Assembly (NCBI GenBank): GCA_964016885.1
Contig: OZ024746.1
Span: 46,066,001 to 46,130,000, forward strand
DNA from: Eledone cirrhosa
Taxonomy: Eukaryota
DNA length: 64,000 nucleotides
Direction of reading: 5' to 3'
Shown: one piece after another, positions 25,646 to 39,164 of the stretch
How the letters are laid out: every line of letters starts with the position of its first letter
Position numbering within the stretch: the stretch's first letter is position 1
The notes under the pieces: model-generated
The model's input: the letters and a program-made list of their open reading frames with translations, nothing else
Told to the model about the DNA's origin: nothing
The model's database searches: none
Position numbers and translations under genes: made by a program

Positions 25646-27104
25646 CACACATACAAATCGAATATTATTATTAATGTTCGATATAACCCATATGTACAAA
25701 TATATATCTTTTTAATATTTTATTGGTTTTGGAGAGATTTTATCATTTTTAAAAAGGTTTTTTCTTAATGAAATCTGTTTTTCAATCATTTTAATTGAGT
25801 ATTTACTGAAAGTGTTGCTTTTTATTGTAAATCCTCATGGAAAAGCTCTCAACCATGTTTACATCAGTGTTTTTACACAATTACTTCTACTTCCCAGTCA
25901 CCATTACATGCTAAATAAATTAAGTTGGTTTTGAAACAGTAATTTAAAATTATGTAATCATTTAAAGGCACATGCAAAATGTTATGATGAAATATTTTTC
26001 TCTTCTTTTTAGGTATAACAGAAAGTTTACTACTTCATCATCATCATCGTTTTAACGTCCACTTTCCCTGCTAGTAAGGGTTGGATGGGTTTACATAGAC
26101 CAAGTCAGTACTGAAGCAGTGGCTACTGATCTCCCAGACAAGCCAGGGATCTGTCGCCTCATTCATGAATAAATAAAAATAAGCAAAAGGAAAAATATAG
26201 AAGCATCTTTGCATTAATATTTACACATTTGTGTTTTTGCAGTAATTGGTTTGGCTAAATGCAAGTTGCAGGTGCTTCAATGTATAGGTACCCATTTCAG
26301 TATCAAATATTCATATACAATCACATGGTATATGAATATGCAACCTACACAGCTATAAAACGGTACCCATAAGTAATACAAATCCCTCCAATTAGCAGCA
26401 AGATACTGGTGATTGTGATCTAAAATTCTAACATGCGTAAATCAATCTCAGAAAAGTGTTAATAAGGAAATTTTTAAATGGTTGTTTAGCCTGCTAGAAA
26501 TAGCAACCATATCTCCCTTAAATCACACCCAATTATCTTAACAATGAAAGGTCGTACTAGATAATGTAGCCCTGGATACACTACACTTGAAATAAAGCGA
26601 GAATGGCACAGTCATAACTTAAACACAGTCATAACCTAAAATAACAGCAGTTAGTGAGCTACTGATGAAAATACTAGCATAGTGAATTATGCAATTTTGC
26701 ATTTGCAACCTACAAATCATGTAAAATTTCTGAAATAATTCTGTCTGAAAACTGTCAGATGAATTGGTGTAACCACAACCATTCGTTTTGAAATATATAT
26801 TTACAAGTCATAGCATAAAATCAAAACATCTATATCAAAGGCTGTGCAGATAGTGAGCTAACATATGTACAGGCCACTGGTTGGAACTAGTTAAAAAAAA
26901 AAAAAAAAGTGATTCAATAGGCTAGAGTTCAAACTTTGATACATTATGATGTGTCAAAAGACTCAGTTTGCTTCAGTCTGTATAACTGATATGAAATCAC
27001 AACTGATATTGATTAACAACATGAATGACCAACATGTATTCTAAGATGTCTGTCTGTCATTCTATATATTTATCTCTGTCTCTATCTATCTATCCATCTA
27101 GTGT

Positions 27105-27380
27105 TCTAGCTCAATGGAACTGGGGTCTTCCTAGTCAGCGATACCACTGGATTCATCATGCATAGAGGGGCTTGCGTGTTCCATAGATCCAAGACAGGAT
27201 TACTGTCTGGAGCTTTGCTCCTGGTAGGGCCACCCTAGGTGGACCAGTCTCCCAGGGACATTCCAGAATATTAGTGACCCATGGCATATTGGTACATCAC
27301 CAAGTTGGCAGTCCCGACATTTGACATTTCTGCTGAGGGCTAACAACCCACCCAGGAGAATGCTCAATTTGTTACGACAC
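27105..27380 (+). mobile_element. Probable RTE-type 5' UTR fragment
   Basis: GC-richer block with cctggtagggccaccc and gggctaacaaccc motifs reminiscent of RTE 5' UTRs (recalled, not searched). Confidence 0.4.
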
Positions 27381-28619
27381 CTTGAATATCTATTTATCTA
27401 AATACAACGTACAATTGCAATGGGTCAATCGAACAAATATAATTAGTGTAAATCATTAGATGAATAATAATAACAACAACAATAATAGTAGTAATAACAA
27501 CAACAATGCCATTACAATACAAATTTTAATTTATATACATTATTAACAATGAATGCTAATATTTTGGCATAGCAATGCTTCATTGTTTGCATAAACTGGC
27601 ACCACCTTGCATGGATTTAGTGGCAGTCATTCTGTTGGAAACATTTGAGCAGGCCTACAGTTTAAGAATGTGAAACTTCTTCCTTCTTACTAGTTTTGGA
27701 GGTTCTGAATAAATGAGTCATAGGCACTACCCTCTATTCTTTGCCTAAACAGTAAAAGAAACTTTAGATGAAATAAATAGATAAAATAACCATACTAAGA
27801 GAAATAATACTATAACTGAATATTTCCCTTATTTGTAGTTATTTTTTTCTTGCTGTGAATAAGGTATTTTATACCAAAATATCAGCATATTGCAGTTGAC
27901 GATTAGCAGCAGTTTAAGTAGAATATTAACAGCATGAATCTCAACAGTCAGAGAGCTTGTGGTGGCCATGTTTACTTCAGATCAAGCAAAAAATGATGTT
28001 GTTCATGATTTATTTAAATCTTATTGCAATGCTCCTACTACATTTAACATTACACCGTGTAACATATTTTTTGTTCCCCGGTTCTAAGTGTCATTTCATG
28101 GTTTGTTATATCCCATTATTATAAAAAAAACACTATTATTTAATCAGAAGTTTGGGTTTGTGCTTAGCAGTTTGATATTTCGAAATGTTCATATTTTTCA
28201 AGAAAAAACACATTTTTTTTTAAATTTATCAGTTCATATAATTAAATCAACAGAGTATATATTTATATATTTATTAAGTGCATGCTCAATATGCATAAAT
28301 GCAATAGCTACATAGCAGCCGCGTACTAATGACAGATAAATGAAAATAAAATAAAATACTTGAAAAAGGAATGCATTCATGAAAAAGATGCAAAGGAGGT
28401 ATCTGTTCACACCAGCCGGACATTATTGGGACGTGCATAAAGTTGCATAAAATACTTAAAGACTGTGATGCATAGGGTTATATAAGATATAGAAGGAGTG
28501 ACGATCCAAGGGACTGGGTAAGAACCTGCACATCAACCATGCACATGAGACAGATTTCATGACAGGTGGACACAGGGGACTGTGTAGGTATACACAAACA
28601 AGTTATATATATTGTGAAT

Positions 28620-28762
28620 GTGTAGAATATCCTTTTCATAATAGCATATATGAAATGTACATGGAATGGATGCGCAAATGGAATATATCGGGAATGTAGA
28701 ATATGTGTTTCATAACAGTATATATGAAATGTACATGGAATGGATGCATAAGTGGAATATAC
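28620..28762. repeat. Imperfect tandem duplication, period about 74 bp
   Basis: gtagaatat...tatatgaaatgtacatggaatggatgc occurs at 28622 and 28696. Confidence 0.8.
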
Positions 28763-29240
28763 CAACGGCTTGTGTTGTAGTCATGTATATAGCAATGGCA
28801 GGCAAAGTTAGAATTAACTGCAACATTAACCTTAAGTCCAGCATCAAGGATCTTGCGATTTCAGAGTCAGTTTCGATCATTGCATCATTCGGGCCTCTAG
28901 CTGGTCACCAGAGAATCGATTGTAATATGTCTAATAACTTTTAATTTGTCGCATCACTGATTCTCCGTTTCTTATGTGATATATATATAAAGATGTCAAA
29001 CCCTTGCTAGCTGGGAAGGTGGACGTTAAAATGACGATGGTGATATATATATATATGCAAAAGTTCTATTTAAATTGTTGGGATAAAACAAGCAAATATT
29101 TTTATAACTGATATAAAGCACTCGACAAGTATTTGGAGTAAATATACGATATTAACAAATGGAAACTATATTTAAAACAGTTTTATAAATAAATATTGAC
29201 ATACCCTTTCAAAATGCAACCGTTACTTTTGGAAGACATC

Positions 29241-29243
<3 letters not shown>

Positions 29244-29318
<75 letters not shown>
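29244..29318. repeat. (TA)n microsatellite
   Basis: Read directly. Confidence 0.95.
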
Positions 29319-29321
<3 letters not shown>

Positions 29322-29448
29322 ATAATAATAAATTTGAAGACTAAAATCCAAAGAGGGCTCGATAAGGATAAATATATATAAAATATATATCAAACTTTAA
29401 TCTGTTATTTTAATAAATATATATATATATATATATAAGAGAGTATTG

Positions 29449-29652
29449 AATTGTCCCTATATTTCGGATTCGCATCCAACAACTGGGGGGTTTTCCGGGG
29501 GGGGGGGGAGTTATCTGTCAGAGAGGAACGGTACATGTCCTCTGCTGTTCGCTGTTTGTGACTAGTCACAAACAGCGAACAGCAGTTTATCTGACAGATA
29601 ACCTCCCTCCCCCCGCAGTTGATGGATGCGAATCCGAAATATAGGGACAATT
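29449..29652. repeat. Fold-back inverted repeat of about 204 bp with a perfect 44-bp palindromic core
   Basis: aattgtccctatatttcggattcgcatcca...ctgctgttcgctgtttgtgact|agtcacaaacagcgaacagcag...tggatgcgaatccgaaatatagggacaatt. Confidence 0.9.
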
Positions 29653-29837
29653 AAATCTCTCCCAAGGTAACTCTATCTCGTGTTATTATTTTTATTTTTT
29701 ACGCTCTTTCCTACATTCCTCTACACACTATACATCTCATTCTACATTCCCTTACATCTCTCTCTTCACCACCGGATCCTGTTACCCAGAGAATTACCCA
29801 TCTGCATTGTTGAGGATTCCAAAACGACCAAAAGAAA

Positions 29838-29883
<46 letters not shown>

Positions 29884-29886
<3 letters not shown>

Positions 29887-31418
29887 CTGGATGTTGAGAC
29901 AGAGCCCTTCACCAGAGAGGAGCTTCAGAGAGCCAAGAAGAGGATCAAGGAGGGCAAGGCTCATGGAGAAGATGGAGTGGCATCAGAGGTGATGAAGAGG
30001 TGTGATTTTGATGATATCATCCTGGGGTTCTGTAACGGGGCACTGGAGAAAGGAGTTGCCCCGAATCAGTGGAGGATCAGTAACATCGTCCCAGTGCCAA
30101 AGAAGGGAGATCTCTCTAACACCAACAACTACCGGGGGATCTCACCGACGTCACTTGTGGCAAAGACCCTCAACAGGATGATTCTTAACAGGATCCAGCC
30201 TGAGATGGAGAAGAAGCTCAGGGACAACCAGAACGGCTTCAGAGAGGGTAGATCAACCACCAGTCACATCCTGATGCTGAGGAGGATATTAGAGGGAGCT
30301 AGAGCAAAGTGCCTTCCTGCGATCATGGTTTTCATTGACTTTAGGAAGGCCTTTGATTCTGTGGACCGTTACTGCCTGATAAAGGTCTTACAGGCTTATG
30401 GAATCCCCAAGAAGATAGTGGACCTGATATCACTGCTCTACACCAACACCAAAGCCCAAGTCATTACACCTGATGGGATGACAGAGTTCTTTGAGATACT
30501 GGCTGGAGTGCTCCAGGGAGATACATTGGCTCCCTACCTTTTTATCATCGTAGTGGACTATTGTATGCGCCTTGCACTGGAGAAACACCAGGACTCTGGC
30601 TTTACTGTAGCACCGGCTCAGAGCAGGAGAGTTAGGGCGAAAAAGGTATCGGATGCTGAATTTGCCGACGACATAGTTTTGGTGACAAATACAGTGAAGG
30701 AGGCAGAGGATTTGATGCGGGAGCTTGAGACTGTGTCGATGAGTGTGGGGCTGAGAATGAATGAGACTAAAACAAAATATCTGGTAGAGAATGTTGAGAA
30801 GCCAGAGGGGATCACTAATGTAGGCGGGAAGCCACTGGAATTGGTTGAGGACTTCTTGTATTTGGGAGCAAAGATTGGGAATATGGAAGATGATGTGGTT
30901 GAGAGGAAGAGCAAGGCCTGGGCGGCGTGCACAGCTTGAGATCGGTGTGGAAGTCGGACCTTCGTAGAGACCTGAAAATCCGCCTCTTCATTGCTGTAGT
31001 GGAGTCTGTGCTGCTGTATGGGTCTGAGACTTGGACACTGACCAAGAAACTCACTCAGATGGTGGATGGGTGCTACACGAGAATGCTGAGGATGGCTCTG
31101 AACATTAATCAGTATACACTGAGGATGAAAAACTCAGAGCTGTATGGGAGCATCCCAAAAGTCAGCTCAAAAGTGACACAGAGGAGACTGAGGTTAGCTG
31201 GACATGGTCACGGACATCCAGAGTTGACATTGCACTCAGTGCTCCTTTGGGAGCCCCTACATGGACACACTAGAAGAGGAAGACCAAGGTTGACGTATGT
31301 TGATGCCCTAAGGTCAGACACTGGTCTGTTGGAGACGCAGGACATGGCAGCGATAATGAGGGACAGAGACCACTGGAGAGAACTCGTCCATGGATCTCGG
31401 GAATTTTACCCGCCTTAG
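29884..31418 (+). mobile_element. 5'-truncated RTE-group LINE (second family, no PHD finger), frameshifted near 30929
   Basis: FIDFRKAFD, GVLQGDTLAP, EFADD, FLYLG, LLYGSETW, GRPRLTY; flanked by (TA)n. Confidence 0.92.
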
Positions 31419-31426
31419 ATATATAT

Positions 31427-32722
31427 ATGAAAAAATGGGGAGAAGAATACTGCAGGTTGCACATGTATAACATGTTATAAAATGAGTCCCTCATCAGTGA
31501 TTTGCCAACGATCATAGATATTTCATTGCATTAAAAATCATATACCTCACGTTGGTGCAATAATAACTAAATTAAGTTATTAGGACAATTAAAACGCGTA
31601 ATGAGAGTGAGAAAGTAACAACAAAGAGGAAAGCTAACCGTAGATAGGAAGAGGCACAAGCTACATAGTTATTCTATCAGCATAAGCTGGGTGAATATAT
31701 GAGCGCGTAGAAAATAGACCTTTCGAGATGAATCCAATGTAAGAAAGAAGGAAATTGTTTTCGTCGCGAACGGGGTGAAGTGAGAAGGGGAGAAACAGTG
31801 AGTGAGTGGAAGTGTGAGGAAGAGGTCAGTAGAGAGAAAGTGTTAACTGACATGACAGAGGGGGCGAAAGAAAGTAAGAGAAACAGAGAGAACGAGGGAG
31901 CAGTAAGAGAGAGAGAGAAAAACAGAATCGCAGTTTAGGTAAATATATGTGAAAAAATGGGGAGAAGAATACTGCAGGTTGCACATGTATAACATGTTAT
32001 AAAATGAGTCCCTCATCAGTGATTTGCCAACGATCATAGATATTTCATTGCATTAAAAATCATATACCTCACGTTGGTGCAATAATAACTAAATTAAGTT
32101 ATTAGGACAATTAAAACGCGTAATGCGAGTGAGAAAGTAACAACAAAGAGGAAAGCTAACCGTAGATAGGAAGAGGCACAAGCTACATAGTTATTCTATC
32201 AGCATAAGCTGGGTGAATATATGAGCGCGTAGAAAATAGACCTTTCGAGATGAATCCAATGTAAGAAAGAAGGAAATTGTTTTCGTCGCGAACGGGGTGA
32301 AGTGAGAAGGGGAGAAACAGTGAGTGAGTGGAAGTGTGAGGAAGAGGTCAGTAGAGAGAAAGTGTTAACTGACATGACAGAGGGGGCGAAAGAAAGTAAG
32401 AGAAACAGAGAGAACGAGGGAGCAGTAAGAGAGAGAGAGAAAAACAGAATCGCAGTTTAGGTAAATATATGTGAAAAAATGGGGAGAAGAATACTGCAGG
32501 TTGCACATGGATAACATGTTATAAAATGAGTCCCTCATCAGTGATTTGCCAACGATCATAGATATTTCATTGCATTAAAAATCATATACCTCACGTTGGT
32601 GCAATAATAACTAAATTAAGTTATTAGGACAATTAAAACGCGTAAAGCGAGTGAGACAAGTAACAACAAAGAGGAAAGCTAACCGTAGATAGGAAGAGGC
32701 ACAAGCTACATAGTTATTCTAT
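31427..32722. repeat. Tandem repeat, 522-bp unit, about 2.5 near-identical copies
   Basis: gaaaaaatggggagaag starts at 31429, 31951 and 32473. Confidence 0.95.
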
Positions 32723-33191
32723 ACACACATGTGTGTGTGTGTGCTTGAAAAATATCAAACCATTGCATTCACCATACCATTTAAGACAAGAAGAGAGAAA
32801 GGAAAAAATATCAGTTACACACCAACAACCTATGTGGGAGGAGGAGGAGGAGTATTTGAGAGAGAAAATGAGTGAGAGAGAAAATGAGTAAGAGAGAGTA
32901 ATAGAGGAGACAGAAAGACATAGTAAGACAAATTTTCATAGCAGTTACAGATTTCATATCAGGAAAATGTAATTTGCCTTTTGAAATGACTTTGAAAGAA
33001 AACATTTTAAAATATTCTATATCAAAGCTAAGGGACAGATAAAAGACATGATTTACACCTTATTTCCTGCTATAATTATTTTGCTCTTTCTCTGATGTAT
33101 GGTTATTTTGTTTATTTTTCATGCTATGAGTAAGGCATTTTAATGCTAAAATATTAGTGTTGAAATTTACATAAACTGTAAATTATACTGT

Positions 33192-33377
33192 ATTGGCAGT
33201 ATTGGTAGAGGGTCAGACGCCATGCTTTGCAGCAAAGAGTTACGGCCCTTTATGGTTTGAGTTCAAATCCCGCCGAGGTTAACTTTGCCTTTCATCCTTA
33301 CGGGGTCGATAAAATAAAGTACCAGTAATACACTGGAATAATTGCTGGCCTTGTGCCAAAAGTAGAAACAATTATTA
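33192..33377 (+). mobile_element. tRNA-derived SINE with Nin/Deu-like core
   Basis: tggcagtattggtagag..gagttcaaatcc..gcctttcatccttacggggtcgataaaataaagtaccag. Confidence 0.75.
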
Positions 33378-34865
33378 CACTTACAACATTAAGCAGTTGC
33401 AGAAAGAAATTTTCAGTTTGACTATGATACCCTTGAATATATGTTAAAGCAGTTTTTTGTTTTTGTTATAACCTATAAGGTAATATTAAGGCATTGAAAG
33501 ATTAGAATATTTTTATCGAAAATTTCTAGTAAATATTTTCAGTAACGTTTGTTCTGCTATAGCTTAAGTTCCAAATATAAGACAATTGAAGCTACCCTAA
33601 TATTTGATCAACATTTATAGCCAATTCATTGTTTGTTTTTGTTTGAAATGAAATGTATAGTTTCAGATAAGGATAGAAAAAATAGAACACCAAAAACATA
33701 TTTTAAAACACTGTAATAATTTTCATATCATATAGTACAACTTTCAAATTTGCATTGACAGAAACACATTTGTGAGATTTAATACTAAGCAACACATCCA
33801 TAAAATGGTAATAAAATTGCATCTCTTTGAGCAAGTGACTATAAACTATTTCTGAACTAAAGATAAAAAAAATCCAGAGATATTGTTTTAAGTGCTTTGC
33901 AAATTTCCTCCTGATAATCATCTGTAATATACATTGTTTAAATGTTTTTTGTCATCTATATGCCAATTTGCATCTCTTTGTTTACTATCCATGGAAAAAA
34001 AAAGAGTTCTTTATTTTGGCATAAGCAACTAGAAAATGCTTTTGCCTAAATTACACACAAAATTAATTTTAATCTTATGTATCTATTAAATACAATCTAA
34101 TTAAAGGAAAGTAGAAAAGTAACTAGAGAATGGCAAGCACTTAAGAAGAATGTGAAAATCGGTTTTCTTTCATATAGTGTTTAGATATGAATACAAGGTT
34201 GAAATCTACAGAGTTTGCCTTGGATTGTTTGAACTTCTCAGTTTCTTTTCGAGTTAATCCATTTATTTTAAGCCAGTAATTCTATAAAGTAGTTAATCTT
34301 CTCTATCTTTAAAATCCTTCAGGTCATCTTCTCTTATTCATTCTACTAACTTTATTAACTGTAAACATCTTGTTGATTGCACTGTCAAATGATGAAAACA
34401 TTGAATAAATGTTTGTATTAACAATTGCTTTTCTTTTTTTGCTTATCAATTGATTCAAATTGACAGTTCAATGCAACTAATCAACTGAAGATAATTAAAG
34501 TTCTTGCATGTGGATCATACTTTTTCATAAGCAGGAAACTCTTCAAATATGTGAGTGACATTAGGATTTCACAATGAGGAACAAAACTATGAGGATCACT
34601 TGAAATAAATCCTTGCAGCAGAGAGAGTTTCTACAAAATGACCTTTCAACAAACAATAGAGAAATTAAGTTGCTGTAAGGATGGATATAATGCAGCAGAC
34701 AAATACTCTATCAAAGAACATATGGTTTTTGCCTACCATATGCTCTAAGCCTATTAGAGGCAGTTTCATCTCTAAACATAGCAGAGTAGAATTGATTTCA
34801 ATTTTACCAAAACTATCTCTTCGGAACACACACACACACACACACACATATACATGCATACACAC

Positions 34866-35415
34866 ATGATGATGATGGCTGCCCCCTCCTTATCGAGTAT
34901 GGCCATTGCACGATATAGCATTATTAATAATTATTAATTAATTCTATCGTGCAATGCCTGTGTGTGAAGATATTTTTTAAAGTGAGGAAAGACTGTGCAC
35001 TGAGCCAATCCCACTCTCTGAGTGACAGTAGCTATAACCCGAAAAAAAGAAAAGATCAACATCATCGGTAACTACTGAGTCACAGGGTTTATATCGGAGT
35101 TATCCCAGTTTCCTGAGTTGCCTTCTCCTATACTCCTATAAGAAAGCCCTGACAAAGGCTAGGGGTCCTTCACTCCCAGTGGTTTAACCGCGCGGTACAT
35201 GTGTATATACATATTTACACACTTTTGGATGGCCATTGACTTTTATGAGTTCGTTCGCCCTTTGTCAGGTTTTTTTATTTGTCCTGCAGGGTGTCCAAAA
35301 TCACCCTCCTCACCAAGTAAACTTGGTGGGGTTGCCGGTTACTCACCAACAACCCGACCATGCAACGGGTTGTACTGGGTTACATGTTACCAGTAGCACT
35401 CAAGAGTGACCCGAC
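34866..35415 (-). mobile_element. Probable non-autonomous RTE-derived short element
   Basis: GC-richer block ending in gggggcagcc(atc)n on the minus strand; no ORF. Confidence 0.4.
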
Positions 35416-35476
35416 ATACATACATACATACATAAATACATACATACATACATATATATATATATATAAGTTATTC

Positions 35477-36121
35477 AGGAATAAGAGGGATCAGATGTTG
35501 TTTACTCGAGAGGAGACTACGTTGGTACGGTCACGTGATGCGTATGAAAGACGACAGCTGTATAAAAAAGTGCAGGGCAATAAAAATAGACGGTAGCCAC
35601 GGAGTAGGCAGATCCAGAAAAACCTGGGACGACTTGATAAATTCCGACCTCACACACTTACACCTCTCCAAGACAATGTCACTGGACCGAGATCTTTGAC
35701 GCTACACAGTAATACAGAAGACCCGCCTTGCCTAAGTACAAAACGAAACCTACAGTTAGTAGGCACCTCTAACAAAATACACCCTCGTCCCACTACCCCG
35801 ACCCCATCCACACCACCCCCTTAAATGTGAAGTTATGTTGGTACCAGAACATCCAGTGCGAAACAAATGAGGTTGTGTAGGTGTCACGACAAAAAACACA
35901 CAGTCCACGCTGTAATGTGGCCGTGTAGGTAACACGGTAAAAACCTCCCAGTACACACTGTAAATGTGGTTGGTGTTAGGAAGGGCATCCAGCCGTAGAA
36001 AACCCGCCAGACAGTCCTATATGAACAAGACAACCAATCTTGCCTCAAATGGGAAAACTCCCGTCCAAACCCATGCAAGCGTGGAAGATGGACGTTAAAC
36101 GATGATGATGATGATGATGAT
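35477..36121 (+). mobile_element. RTE LINE 3' fragment
   Basis: GIRGIRCCLLERRLRWYGHVMRM.., 3' UTR and (GAT)n tail. Confidence 0.88.
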
Positions 36122-36233
36122 TCCGAGTTGAATTGGAGGTAAACACAGTAAGTAAGGTACTCAATACATAGCAGAGTATAAAAGTTTTAATATAGAAGAG
36201 CTTCTACAGGACTAGTCCTGTAGTAGCTCTTCT

Positions 36234-36797
36234 ATCATCATCATCATCAACATCATCGTTTAACGTCCATGTTCCATGCTTGCATGGGTTTGGACGGGAG
36301 TTTTCCCACTTGAGGCAAGAGTGGTTGTCTTGCTCGCATAGGACAGTCTGGCGGGTTTTCTACAGCTGGATGCCCTTCCTAACACCAACCACATTTACAG
36401 TGTGGGGCTGGGAGGTTTTTACCGTGTTGCCTACACGGCCACATTACAGCATGGACTGTGTGTTTTTTTGTCGTGACACCTACACGATCTCATTTGTTTC
36501 GGCCTGGATGTTGTGGCACCAACGTAATTTTACATTGAAAGGGGCGGTGTGGATGGGGTGGGGGTGGTGTGACGGGGGCGTATTTTGTTAGAGATGCCTA
36601 CTGACTGGAGTAGGTTTACTTTGTATTTAGGCAAGGCGGGCCTTCTCTATTACTGAGTACCGCCAAAGATCTCGGTCCAGTGACATTGTCTTGGAGAGGT
36701 GTAAGTGTGTGAGGTCGGAATTTATCAGGTCATCCCAGGTTTTTCTGGGTCTGCCTACTCCGTGGCTACCGTCTATCTTTATTGCCCTGCACTTTAT
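36234..36797 (-). mobile_element. RTE LINE 3' fragment, tail-to-tail with the previous copy
   Basis: Reverse complement of the same family as 35477-36121. Confidence 0.88.
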
Positions 36798-37372
36798 TGC
36801 CCCACGCTTCTATATATATATATATACATATATATATACATTGCAAGGGTCATGCTGCCAATAAAACACATGTATGCACACACCCACATACACACACATG
36901 TATATATATAAACTTCTTGCCTTCTTGCAGAAGATAATGTTGTTTGGTGAATGTGAAGAGTATAGTCATCTCAAATAATTTAATGAATTTATTTCATCAA
37001 TTTGAAAAGAAATGAAACAAAATCAGTCCAGTCAGATTAAACATTGGAAGTAGAGGAATAAAACAAAATCAGTGTATATCATTTTGTTTGGTTTTCTACT
37101 CTGAGAGCCTGTCTTCGTATCACAGGAAACTAAACTCAATAACATCCCAGAATATCACATCGAAGCATTGGACATCAGGATTAAAAGATCTAAAATCTAG
37201 TTTCAGATTCCTCAATCAATAATTTATTTTTCATTTCTTGCAATATGACAATAATATTGTTTTCATGTTTAGAGAAAACAAATAGTTCCACTCATTCTTT
37301 ATTCAACTTTCAAGTTATAAGATTACATATGTCGTAAATTAATAGCCGCAATAAAACATCATATCTGTAACA

Positions 37373-38616
37373 TGGATGATTCTTAACAGGATCCAGCCTG
37401 AGATGGAGAAGAAGCTCAGGGACAACCAGAACGGCTTCAGAGAGGGTAGATCAACCACCGGTCACATCCTGATGCTGAGGAGGATATTAGAGGGAGCTAG
37501 AGCAAAGTGCCTTCCTGCGATCATGGTTTTCATTGACTTTAGGAAGGCCTTTGATTCTGTGGACCGTTACTGCCTGATGAAGATCTTACAGGCTTATGGA
37601 ATCCCCAAGAAGATAGTGGACCTGATATCACTGCTCTACACCAACACCAAAGCCCAAGTCATTCCACCTGATGGGATGACAGAGTTCTTTGAGATACTGG
37701 CTGGAGTGCTCCAGGGAGATACATTGGCTCCCTACCTTTTTATCATCGTAGTGGACTATTGTATGCGCCTTGCACTGGAGAAACACCAGGACTCTGGCTT
37801 TACTGTAGCACCGGCTCAGAGCAGGAGAGTTAGGGCGAAAAAGGTATCGGATGCTGAATTTGCCGACGACATAGTTTTGGTGACAAATACAGTGAAGGAG
37901 GCAGAGGATTTGATGCAGGAGGTTGAGACTGTGTCGATGAGTGTGGGGCTGAGAATGAATGAGACTAAAACAAAATATCTGGTAGAGAATGTTGAGAAGC
38001 CAGAGGGGATCACTAATGTAGGCGGGAAGTTGCTAGAATTGGTTGAGGGCTTCCTGTATTTGGGAGCAAAGATTGGGAATACGGAAGATGATGTGGTTGA
38101 GAGGAAGAGCAAGGCCTGGGCGGCGTGCACAGCTTGAGATCGGTGTGGAAGTCGGACCTTCGTAGAGACCTGAAAATCCGCCTCTTCATTGCTGTAGTGG
38201 ACTCTGTGCTGCTGTATGGATCTGAAACTTGGACACTGACCAAGAAACTCACTCAGATGGTGGATGGGTGCTACACGAGAATGTTGAGGATGGCTCTGAA
38301 CATTAATCAGTATACACTGAGGATGAAAAACTCAGAGCTGTATGGGAGCATTCCAAAAGTCAGCTCAAAAGTGACACAAAGGAGACTGAGGTTAGCTGGA
38401 CATGCTCACCGACATCCAGAGCTGACATTGCACTCAGTGCTCCTTTGGGAGCCCCTACATGGACACACTAGAAGAGGAAGACCAAGGTTAACGTATGTTA
38501 ATGCCCTAAGGACAGACACTGGTCTGTTGGAGACGCACGACATGGCAGCGATAATAAGGGACAGAGACCGCTGGAGAGAACTCGTCCATGGATCTCGGGA
38601 ATTTTATCTGCCTTAG
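37373..38616 (+). mobile_element. Second copy of the PHD-less RTE family, same frameshift near 38127
   Basis: Near-identical ORFs to 30178-31418. Confidence 0.92.
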
Positions 38617-38978
38617 AATCTGTAACATATCAAACACTAAATTAAGGAAATTGGAGTTTGGTTTTAAATTAAAATATAATTTTTTATTACAAAATACTGC
38701 ATATGTCTTTGAATGATATAGATCAGCAATGGTTGTACTTTGAAGTACTTTTAGTCTTTTATTTTTCCACATAAGCAAATGTTCCTGTAACAGCACTTTT
38801 CTGGTATTAGTTTGGCATGACAAAGTGTCATTTCACTGTTTATTTTTTTATAATAGTAATGATCTCTGTTATTTTTTATTTACAAGTAGCATCTTTCTCA
38901 TATTAAATTTGCTTTTGTATTCTTCTCTTTATCATCCTACCCACAAATCAATATACAGTCTGTTCTCTGGGATATGTA

Positions 38979-39164
38979 CCATGTATACTCGAATATAAAT
39001 TGATACGAACATAAGCCAACCTCACTATTTTTTATCTAAGAAATGGGCAAAAATCCAAAGCTTGAATTTGAAGTTGGTGAAAATCGTAAATTTATAAGCT
39101 GACCACCTTCTACCATCAATTGTTTTGGTAACCTATTCCTTGGCTTATGTTCGAGTACATATGA
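38979..39164. mobile_element. pogo/Tigger-like MITE
   Basis: TA|ccatgtatactcgaatataa ... ttatgttcgagtacatatga|TA. Confidence 0.55.

Noticed and set aside
31270-32559. Three repeated 64-81-aa ORFs starting MIVGKSLMRD
   Set aside because: By-product of the 522-bp tandem repeat; low complexity and no domain
31427-32722. CRISPR-like array
   Set aside because: Whole units are repeated with no unique spacers, and the context is eukaryotic
33192-33275. tRNA genes at A/B-box motifs
   Set aside because: No cloverleaf; these are SINE heads continuing into repeat cores
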